DNA of 32,000 nt, taken from NCBI RefSeq assembly GCF_003432385.1, contig NZ_CP031841.1, positions 4,103,549 through 4,135,548 of the forward strand, in the 5' to 3' direction. This document shows, one piece after another, positions 9,714 to 17,206 of this stretch. Below the pieces are notes generated by a model that was not told where the DNA came from, did no database searches, and saw only the letters and a program-made list of their open reading frames with translations. This DNA is from Breoghania sp. L-A4. GTDB lineage: Bacteria; Pseudomonadota; Alphaproteobacteria; Rhizobiales; Stappiaceae. Position 1 is the stretch's first letter. Every line of letters starts with the position of its first letter. The position numbers and the translations under genes were made by a program.

Positions 9714-10844
9714 TCAGATCACGTAGGATGCCAGCGGCGCGAAGCCGTTGAAGCCGGTCGTGGAATAAGTGGTGGTGTAGGCGCCGCAGGCCTCGATCAG
9801 CACCTTGTCGCCGATGGACAGCGACACGGGCAGCTCATAGGGCGCCTTCTCGTAGAGCACGTCGACGCTGTCGCAGGTCGGACCGGCCAGCACGCAGGGG
9901 GTCTTCGCGTCGCCGTCGCGCTCGGTGCGGATCGGATAGCGGATCGCCTCGTCCATGGTCTCGGCCAGGCCGTTGAACTTGCCGATGTCGAGATAGACCC
10001 AGCGGATCGGATCGTCATCGGACTTGTTGGAGATCAGGACGACCTCGGCCTCGATCATGCCGGCGTTGCCGACCATGCCGCGGCCCGGTTCGATGATGGT
10101 CCTGGGCAGACGGTTGCCGAAGTGGCGCGACAGGGCGCGGAAGATCGCCTCGCCATAGGACGCGACGCCCGGCATCTTCTTGAGATAGTCGGTCGGAAAA
10201 CCGCCGCCCATGTTGACCATGGAAAGCTGGATACCGCGCTCGGCCATCTCGCGGAAGATCGCGGCGGCGGAGGCCAGCGCCTGGTCCCACGCGTCCACGT
10301 TGCCCTGCTGCGAGCCGACGTGGAAGGACACGCCATAGGCGGTGAGGCCCGAGCGGTGGGCGGATTCCAGAACACGGGGCGCCATTTCCGGCGCGCAGCC
10401 GAACTTGCGCGACAGCGGCCATTCGGCGCCCGCGCCATCGCACAGGATGCGGCAGAACACCTTGGAGCCCGGAGCGACGCGGGCGATCTTCTCGACTTCC
10501 GCCTCGCAATCGACCGCGAACAGGCGCACGCCCATTTCAAAGGCGCGCAGGATGTCGCGCTCCTTCTTGATGGTGTTGCCGAACGAGATGCGGCCGGCGC
10601 CCGCGCCGGTGGCCAGAACCATTTCGATCTCGCCCACGGAGGCGCAGTCGAACGACGAGCCCAGGCGGGCCAGCAGGTTGAGGATTTCCGGCGCCGGGTT
10701 GGCCTTCACCGCGTAGTAGACGGAGGTGTCGGGCAGCGAATGGGCGAAGGCTTCGTAGTTGTCGCGCACGATGTCGAGATCGACAACGACGCAGGGGCCG
10801 TCGTCACGTCGGCTGCGGAGGAAATCGCGAATGCGGTCGGTCAT
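9714..10844 (-). CDS. Type III PLP-fold (alanine racemase-like) ornithine/lysine decarboxylase
   Basis: YYAVKANPAPEILNLLARLGSSFDCASVGEIEMV (PLP lysine), SFHVGSQQ, MGGGFPTDY, EPGRGMVG, CVLAGPTCDSVDVLY; 376 aa. Confidence 0.9.
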   Translation of the reverse strand: MTDRIRDFLRSRRDDGPCVVVDLDIVRDNYEAFAHSLPDTSVYYAVKANPAPEILNLLARLGSSFDCASVGEIEMVLATGAGAGRISFGNTIKKERDILRAFEMGVRLFAVDCEAEVEKIARVAPGSKVFCRILCDGAGAEWPLSRKFGCAPEMAPRVLESAHRSGLTAYGVSFHVGSQQGNVDAWDQALASAAAIFREMAERGIQLSMVNMGGGFPTDYLKKMPGVASYGEAIFRALSRHFGNRLPRTIIEPGRGMVGNAGMIEAEVVLISNKSDDDPIRWVYLDIGKFNGLAETMDEAIRYPIRTERDGDAKTPCVLAGPTCDSVDVLYEKAPYELPVSLSIGDKVLIEACGAYTTTYSTTGFNGFAPLASYVI

Positions 10845-11440
10845 GGATCCGTTCCCAATATGTAATCACGTCGCAGGGGCGGATGCGATCGCGCCCGCCC
10901 CTGCGCGATGGAAACGCAAGGACGCGCGGCGATACATCGCGCGAACGGTCGAGCGAACGGCAAGAGCCGACTGCTGTCCCGCGTGTGATGCCTTGGATTG
11001 GAACGGGAATCCCCGTTTCCGCACGGCTGGCAAGGAGGTAAGTGCCTCTTCAGTGACACCGGGGGTTGGAGACCCCGACTGAGACCAAAAAAGCCCTCTT
11101 ACGTCGTTGCTTTAAGCCGTCCGGTTTTGCCGCCTTGGGACCCTTGAGGATCCGGGTAAGGCGACTGCCACTTATTCGATGGACGACCACGGGCACGTGC
11201 GAATTTGGGCACGCATTGCATCGCGCCCTTTTGTTCCGAATGCAAGATTTTTTTGCGCCCGGGGGCAAGTTTTTTCGGGCGGGATCCGGCCCGGGGCCCA
11301 GCCGCCCCGCCCGCGACCGCGTCATGCCGCCATTCGTTGAGGAACCAAGTCCCCTCCCCGCCGTTGATTTGGCTCAACGCGGGCGGCGCGGCTTCGGCCG
11401 AGACTGTTCGTTACACTCCAACCAGCGACGGACACGCAGC

Positions 11441-11902
11441 ATGAGCGAGCATCCAGAAAATACCCAGAGCCAGGAACCGGACGCGGACGACGGGCCCGTG
11501 CTGTCGATCTCGCCCGAGCAGGTCTGCTTCCTGATCGTCAAGGCGCGCGAATACGACGCCAAGGAGGGGGAAACGGATATCGACTCCGGTTCCAACGCCG
11601 CCGACGACAGGATGATCGACGTGCTGGACGAGGGCGGCGACGACCCGGTGGAGGAGGAGATCATCTCGTTCATCGACGCGATGAACGAGGACGAACAGAT
11701 CGATCTGGTAACCATCGCCCGGCTGGGCCGCGGCGACGGGACGTTGGCCGATTGGGACGAATTGCGCGAGGAAGCCGCAGGCGGTCACAACGACCGCACC
11801 GCGCAGTATCTGCTCGGCATTCCGCTGCTGCCCGATTATCTCGAGAACGGCCTGGGCGAGCTGGGCCATTCCTGCGAGGAATTCGAGACGGGGCGGCTTT
11901 GA
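11441..11902 (+). CDS. Small acidic DUF3775-like protein
   Basis: MSEHPENTQSQEPDADDGPVLSISPEQVCFLIVKAREYDAKEGETDIDSGSNAADDRM...EEIISFIDAMNEDEQIDLVTIARLGRGD; strongly acidic, in frame with the longer track ORF 11066..11902. Confidence 0.7.
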   Translation: MSEHPENTQSQEPDADDGPVLSISPEQVCFLIVKAREYDAKEGETDIDSGSNAADDRMIDVLDEGGDDPVEEEIISFIDAMNEDEQIDLVTIARLGRGDGTLADWDELREEAAGGHNDRTAQYLLGIPLLPDYLENGLGELGHSCEEFETGRL

Positions 11903-11925
11903 ACGAGCGGAGGCGCGTGAATGTT

Positions 11926-12060
11926 GCGCCGATCCTTCGAGACGGCCCTTCGGGCCTCCTCAGGATGACGTCGATGAGGTGGAAATATTGTAAATATATC
12001 AACACGATAACGTCATCCTGAGGAGCCGTCGCAGACGGCGTCTCGAAGGATCGGCGGCGC
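11926..12060. repeat. Imperfect long inverted repeat (arms ~11926-11971 and ~12010-12060)
   Basis: Arm 1 gcgccgatccttcgagacggcccttcgggcctcctcaggatgacgt closely matches the reverse complement of arm 2 (gcgccgccgatccttcgagacgccgtctgcgacggctcctcaggatgacgt); separated by an AT-rich loop. Confidence 0.8.
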
Positions 12061-12070
12061 CCACGGACAT

Positions 12071-12110
12071 CCCTCACCCCAACCCTCTCCCCATGGGAGA
12101 GGGGGCGGAT
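12071..12110. repeat. Palindromic intergenic repeat, type CCCTCACCCCAACCCTCTCCCCATGGGAGAGGGGG
   Basis: Near-identical to the copy at 17027-17064. Confidence 0.75.
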
Positions 12111-12156
12111 GCGGCCAGTTTCTTGGTTTTTTCAACGAATAATATTTCCCCGCGAC

Positions 12157-13056
12157 TCACGGCATCGCCAGAAAGCGGCGCACCAGCGCGACGAAGGCCT
12201 CGGGTCGCTCCTCGTGCGGCAGGTGACCGGCGTCGGGCAGGATCACCGACCAGCAATCGGCCAGCCGCATCTGGATGTTGACCGAGTTCTTCACCGGCAG
12301 CACGCCGTCGCGCGATCCCCAGACCGACAGCACCGTGTGCCGCAATTCCGGCAGGCGCTTCTGCAGGGCGCCTTCGGAGAACTGGCGCAGGGTCTTGAGA
12401 AAGGCGCGCTCGCCATGATCGCGCAGCAGCAGGCCGTAGCAGTGATCGACCAGCGCCGCGTCGGGCACAGTGGCGGCGTAGGATTTTCTCAATTTGGAGC
12501 GGAAGATCGCCTTGCCGGTGCCGTGCCGGCGCAACAGCCCCGCGACCGCCCAGCGGATCAGCCCGCTGCGCACCAGCTTCTCGATTGAATGGGCGCCGCC
12601 GGCGATCCCGACGCTGTTGACGATGATCAGCCGGCCGACGAGATCCGGCGCGCGCAGGGCCATGGTGATCGCCACCGCCGCGCCGAAGGAACTGCCCGCC
12701 ACGTGGACCCGCGCGATCCGCAACGCGGCGCACAGCGCGATGATCCTGCCGGCGATGGCGTCGAGCGAATAGTCCTCGCCGGTTTTCGACGAGCGGCCGT
12801 AACCGGGCATGTCGACAGCCACCACCCGATGGCTTTGCGACAGCGGCGCGAAGACCGCCTGCCAGGTGGTCATGCACAGCGGGATGCCGTGCAGCAGGAG
12901 GATCGTCTCGCCCTCACCGGCCTCGCGATAGCAGATCTCGAAGCCGTCCAGGCTCACGGTCTGGGCATGAGGGTACATCTCGTCGCGGAATCCCCCCGCG
13001 TGGAGATCGGTCTTGGCGACCCGCGATCCGGAAAGATTGCGCGGCAGGAACATCAT
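12157..13056 (-). CDS. Alpha/beta hydrolase
   Basis: ILLLHGIPLCMTTWQAVFAPLSQSHRVVAVDMPGYGRSS, nucleophile elbow VAGSSFGAAVAI, late SVWGSRDGVLPV and DAGHLPHEE (Asp/His); start overlaps the upstream stop (TAATG). Confidence 0.85.
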   Translation of the reverse strand: MMFLPRNLSGSRVAKTDLHAGGFRDEMYPHAQTVSLDGFEICYREAGEGETILLLHGIPLCMTTWQAVFAPLSQSHRVVAVDMPGYGRSSKTGEDYSLDAIAGRIIALCAALRIARVHVAGSSFGAAVAITMALRAPDLVGRLIIVNSVGIAGGAHSIEKLVRSGLIRWAVAGLLRRHGTGKAIFRSKLRKSYAATVPDAALVDHCYGLLLRDHGERAFLKTLRQFSEGALQKRLPELRHTVLSVWGSRDGVLPVKNSVNIQMRLADCWSVILPDAGHLPHEERPEAFVALVRRFLAMP

Positions 13057-14795
13057 TACCCCCTTTGCGCCGCCTGCGGCGCGGCGACGCCTTCGCGCCT
13101 GAGAAAGCCGCGCAGCACATCGTTGAAGGCCTCGTGCATCTCCCAGTTCATGAAATGCGCGCCGCCGCGCATCAGCGCCAACTCGCTGCCCGCAATGGCG
13201 CGCTGCAGCGCGTCTGCGTGATGCAGCCGCACCAGCCGGTCCTGCTCACCATGGATGATCAGCGTCTCGCAAGCGATCTCCGACAGCGGGTGTGCGGGCC
13301 GGTGCGTGTTCCCCGCCAGCGTCTGGGCGGAAAACGACGCCGCGTCCTGGCGGTTGACCCGGTAAAACGTCTTCAGCTTGTAGAGCTCGTCGGCCCTCTC
13401 GCCCCGATAGTCCTCGGAGAACACCCAGGGGATCGTCTCGTCGAACAGCGCCTGCATGCCCTCGCGCGCAGCCTTCTCCCGCCACGCAGCCGTGGTTCTC
13501 AGGATCAGATCGTCGGCCGTCTCGTAAGCCGAGACCAGCACCAGCCTGCCGGCGAGATCCGGGCGCAGCAACGCCACCTGCTGGGCGATCAGCCCGCCCA
13601 GCGCCAGCCCGACGATGCTGACGCCACGCTCGCCGAGATGATCAAGCAGCGCGATGACATCGCCGGCCATGTCCCGCGTGTTCGCGCTGTCGGGCAGCGC
13701 GGAACTGCGCCCCGCGCCACGGTTGTCGACGGTGATCAGCCGGAAGGCGTCGTTGAGGGTGCCGCACTGGCGCGACCAGAAGCTGGTGTCCGTGCCCACC
13801 GGACAGAGGAACAGCACCGGCGGGCCCTCGCCTTCGGTGCGGTAGCACAGCGAGCCGCCGTGGCTGAGCGGCAGCCGCTCGGCATGCACCTTGCGGTAGA
13901 AATGATCGAAGATGTTGGCGACAAGCGAGCCGCGGTCGGGGATGCTCTCGAGCACCTCGCTGGGATCGTAGTGCGTCATGCCGCCATCGAGATAGTCGTT
14001 CTCGTAGCGGTGGGTGTAGGGATCGAACTGGAAGATGTAGGGAATGGCGCGCGGCTTGCGGCGCTCAAGCAGGATCAGCACGACCTCGCTCGCCACCAGC
14101 GAGGCCGCCATCAGGCAGGCGGAGGCGATGGATGGGCCGGTGCCGCGGAGAAAGTCGGTGTTGGAGTCGCCCTTTGACACATCGAAGTAGCTGATGTGCG
14201 CCAGCTTCGGCACGACGGAACAGGCGTAGCGCAACTGCTTTTCCATTGGCGGCATGTCGTCCGTGATGCCGCAGAAGGTCTCCATGTCCATGCCGTCGGG
14301 ATCGAACACCTGCATGGAGGCGCTGAAGCCGACGGGCGAGCCCATGAGGATGTAGAGCCCGCGGGCGCGCGCCGCGCGATGCAGCCTCAGGTGATCCTCG
14401 ATGGCGTAGAAATCGATGGCGTCGATGCAGATGTCGGCATCGCCCAGAACGGCATCGGCGTTGGCGTCGCAGAATTTCTCCGCGAACGTCCGCACGCTGG
14501 CGTCGGGATTGATGGCCAGGATCTCACGCTCCACCACATCGACCTTGCGCGCGCCCACGGTGGTGCTGTCGGCGCCCGCCTGGCGGTTGATGTTGGCGAG
14601 CTCGAAGGTGTCGGGATCAACGATATTGAAGTTGCCCACGCCCATGCGCGCCAGCGTCACAAGACAGTTGGAGCCGATGCCGCCGGTGCCGACGACGGCG
14701 ACGGTGGCGCGCGCGAGCCGCTCCTGCTCGGCCTCGCGCAGGATGCCGATGTTGCGCGAAAAGGATTCCCGGTACGTCTCGCTCAGCGCCATCAT
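13056..14795 (-). CDS. Fusion protein: E1/ThiF-like adenylyltransferase-fold domain + C-terminal alpha/beta hydrolase
   Basis: N-term VAVVGTGGIGSNCLVTLARMGVGNFNIVDPDTFELANINRQAG (GxGGxGS and D-F-x3-N-x2-R-Q); C-term ITVDNRGAGRSS, IVGLALGGLIAQQVALLRP, LIIHGEQDRLV, GGAHFMNWE. ATG 14795 overlaps the previous stop as ATGA. Confidence 0.85.
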   Translation of the reverse strand: MMALSETYRESFSRNIGILREAEQERLARATVAVVGTGGIGSNCLVTLARMGVGNFNIVDPDTFELANINRQAGADSTTVGARKVDVVEREILAINPDASVRTFAEKFCDANADAVLGDADICIDAIDFYAIEDHLRLHRAARARGLYILMGSPVGFSASMQVFDPDGMDMETFCGITDDMPPMEKQLRYACSVVPKLAHISYFDVSKGDSNTDFLRGTGPSIASACLMAASLVASEVVLILLERRKPRAIPYIFQFDPYTHRYENDYLDGGMTHYDPSEVLESIPDRGSLVANIFDHFYRKVHAERLPLSHGGSLCYRTEGEGPPVLFLCPVGTDTSFWSRQCGTLNDAFRLITVDNRGAGRSSALPDSANTRDMAGDVIALLDHLGERGVSIVGLALGGLIAQQVALLRPDLAGRLVLVSAYETADDLILRTTAAWREKAAREGMQALFDETIPWVFSEDYRGERADELYKLKTFYRVNRQDAASFSAQTLAGNTHRPAHPLSEIACETLIIHGEQDRLVRLHHADALQRAIAGSELALMRGGAHFMNWEMHEAFNDVLRGFLRREGVAAPQAAQRG

Positions 14796-15601
14796 AACCC
14801 TCCCGCGGCAACCGCGCGCCGCTCTTGCTGGCGCGACGCGAAGCGCGCGCGGAACCGCGCGCCATAGGCGTTCAGACGCGCCGCCGAGCTCCTGCCGACA
14901 GGCACGAAGACGTCGCCCGCCGCAATGTCCAGTTTCGAGCGGACAAAATCGTTGATCCGGCGATCGGGCGCTTGCGGCAAGGGGTTGTAGAAGAAGTCGC
15001 ACTCGTTGCGCAGGATCAGGTTTTCGGGCTCGAAGGTCACATCCGGGTCGTATTTGTCGACCACCGCGCGGGCCACGCGGATCACGTCCGGCGGCGGGAT
15101 GTCCCGCGCGTTGGGATAGACATGCGCGAGCTTCCCCAGCATGGAGTAGACCAGCGGGCTTTGCGAAATCGAGGTGACATAGACCGTGTCGCCGTGCCGC
15201 GCGACGAGACCGGAGATCTGTTCGAGAAGGGCGAGAAACAGGAACGACAGAAGCCCCGTGCCCTGGATGTCGCGCGAGAAGTTCATCGAACACAGATGCA
15301 CGATGGTGCCGTTTATGCCGCTGCCCGGCCCGCAGTCGAAGTCCGTGTCGCAGCCGGCGATGCCCTTGAAGACGCCGTCCTCGAAGACAAGCGCCAGCGC
15401 GGTTGCGAGATACAGCGGTGAGATCTTGAAGATGGCGCGCATGCGCGCGACGTGGCTCCCGTCCCAGCCGCGCGACAGCGTGGCGATGGTCAGGATCTCG
15501 TCCTCGAGCGCACGCAGCTCATTGCGATACGCCTTGGCGTCGCGCAGGATCACCAGCTCGTAGCGGCGAAACGGGATCCTTTCCGCGCCCGTAAACATCA
15601 C
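14792..15601 (-). CDS. Unassigned protein, possibly a divergent GNAT-like fold
   Basis: 269 aa from GTG 15601 (or ATG 15598). Contains FSRDIQGTGLLSFLFLALLEQISGLVARHGDTVYVTSISQSPLVYSMLGKLA; overlaps both neighbouring CDSs, implying it belongs to the operon. Confidence 0.7.
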   Translation of the reverse strand: MMFTGAERIPFRRYELVILRDAKAYRNELRALEDEILTIATLSRGWDGSHVARMRAIFKISPLYLATALALVFEDGVFKGIAGCDTDFDCGPGSGINGTIVHLCSMNFSRDIQGTGLLSFLFLALLEQISGLVARHGDTVYVTSISQSPLVYSMLGKLAHVYPNARDIPPPDVIRVARAVVDKYDPDVTFEPENLILRNECDFFYNPLPQAPDRRINDFVRSKLDIAAGDVFVPVGRSSAARLNAYGARFRARFASRQQERRAVAAGGL

Positions 15602-16650
15602 GCCTCTCCGCTCAGATGGCGCACCGCATCGTCCAGACAGCGGGCCGCGCCGGCCACATAGGCTTGCCGCCAGCGCGGATCGTCGGGGCAGAAAGCCCGC
15701 GTCATCCGCGCCCGCGCCCTGGCGAGCAACGCCGGGTCATGCGCGAAATGCCGGTGGGCGATGGTGTCCAGCCGCAGCGCCAGGAAGGTGCGCAGCGCAG
15801 GCCCCGTGCCGCACTCGAAGGTAACGCCGCAGAGATCGCGGCATGAGATCCCGCGCATCAGACCGGTGAGCAGATCGCCACGCACGCTGTAGAGCGCGTC
15901 GTCGCCCGCGTGGCTCATGGTGATCGGCGTCCGGAAGATCGCCTCGGCGCCTGCGACATCGGCCGCGGTGGCGAGCAACTGGCATTGACCGTAGCTCCCG
16001 ATGCCGGAATGCAGGTCAACGAAAATCGCCTTGTCCAGCGCGCCTTCGCCAAGCATGCCCGAGAGATAATCCGCAAGCGCGCGGATCTCGGGCTGCACCG
16101 CGTCACCGCCGTAAAACAGCCCGTCTGGGTTGACGAACTGACCGCCCGCCAGCGCCTCCTTCAGCGCGGATATGCCGCCCAGGCCCATCAGCCTGAGAAA
16201 AAAGACCGGCATCCAGAACGCGCCGAGCGCGCGGAATTTTCCCACGCTGTTGACCCAGTCATCGATGGCGGCGGCGCGGGCGTCCACCGTCCGGTCAACC
16301 GCTGAATGGTCGAGGACATTGCGGTTGAGATCGACATTGGCGCCGTTCACCCGGCGGCGCGCCTTCATGCCCGCGGGATTGATGACGTGCACCACGAGCA
16401 CGTGGACGGTTTCGAGGCTCCACGCCCGCGCGCGCAGAAACGCGATCTGCGCGGCGCTGCCGCAATAGCCCTCGATGCCGTGCAGCCCGCTGGTGACGAC
16501 CAGCTTGCGCGGCGACGTCAGATCGCCCGCGTGCGCCACGTCGATGACGTCATCGGCGCCGCCGATGGGCAGGTGATCAACGCGCAGATCCAGATCGCGG
16601 CAAAGATCCAGGAACGCCGCGCGGGCGGCCTCAAAGGTGGGGTGGAAATC
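15598..16650 (-). CDS. DUF2817 / M14-like zinc carboxypeptidase-type protein (5' end unresolved)
   Basis: FHPTFEAARAAFLDLCRDLDLRVDHLP...RKLVVTSGLHGIEGYCGSAAQIAFLRA...VHVLVVHVINPAGMKARRRVNGANVDLNRNVLDH...AIFVDLHSGIG. Track ORF runs open to 17220 through repeats, so the domain-based 5' boundary (~16650) is given. Confidence 0.75.
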   Translation of the reverse strand, partial: DFHPTFEAARAAFLDLCRDLDLRVDHLPIGGADDVIDVAHAGDLTSPRKLVVTSGLHGIEGYCGSAAQIAFLRARAWSLETVHVLVVHVINPAGMKARRRVNGANVDLNRNVLDHSAVDRTVDARAAAIDDWVNSVGKFRALGAFWMPVFFLRLMGLGGISALKEALAGGQFVNPDGLFYGGDAVQPEIRALADYLSGMLGEGALDKAIFVDLHSGIGSYGQCQLLATAADVAGAEAIFRTPITMSHAGDDALYSVRGDLLTGLMRGISCRDLCGVTFECGTGPALRTFLALRLDTIAHRHFAHDPALLARARARMTRAFCPDDPRWRQAYVAGAARCLDDAVRHLSGEA

Positions 16651-16725
16651 GGAAACCTCATCGCCTGTGGTCCGGGGCGCGCCTCGCGCATGTCGGATCG
16701 CCGAAACCGCCGCTCCAACCGCGCT

Positions 16726-16870
16726 GTCATCCCGGCCTCCGAGCCGGGACCCAGTAGCCGCCGGCCCCTCGGCTCTTGCCGTTGGTTCTCGGCCTCGTTG
16801 TGGCGACGGGTCATCGCGCGGGCTGTCGGTTACTGGGTCCCGGGTCTCGCCTTCGCTCGCCCGGGATGAC
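16726..16870. repeat. Intergenic inverted repeat element (arms 16726-16756 and 16831-16870)
   Basis: gtcatcccggcctccgagccgggacccagta versus reverse complement of tactgggtcccgggtctcgccttcgctcgcccgggatgac. Confidence 0.8.
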
Positions 16871-16948
16871 AATCGGGGCGAAGCCTGGACATCGCGGGAT
16901 GACTGCGCAGGGTGGTGTTCGCTCGCCCGGAGGTCAGCGCCCGACAAA

Positions 16949-17170
16949 CCTCTCCCATGGGGAGAGGTCGGCGCGCATGCGCCGGGTGAGGGGTGAAAAA
17001 CTCGACGTATCCAGGAGAGCGCTGATCCCCTCACCCCAACCCTCTCCCCATGGGAGAGGGGGCGAGCCGTTCGCCGCGAAGCCACTTGCGGTGACCCTGC
17101 TCCAAGGACAGCGAGGGACCGCCTCCCCGACAACGCCTCACCCCACACTCTCCCCATGGGAGAGGGGGTG
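16949..17170. repeat. Three clustered palindromic repeats (16949-16995 inverted orientation, 17027-17064, 17136-17170)
   Basis: Core CCTCACCCC(A/AC)ACYCTCTCCCCATGGGAGAGG repeated three times in ~220 bp. Confidence 0.75.
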
Positions 17171-17206
17171 CCGCCATCCGTCGTGGGGCGCGCGTCCGGT
17201 TGTGCC

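Noticed and set aside
7408-9726. 772-aa plus-strand ORF
   Set aside because: Antisense to homospermidine synthase and the GNAT gene, both with clear motifs.
11249-11276. Terminator-like sequence ttttttgcgcccgggggcaagtttttt
   Set aside because: The apparent stem (TTGC/GCAA around a CCCGGG centre) is short with little loop space, and no gene clearly ends just upstream; not called.
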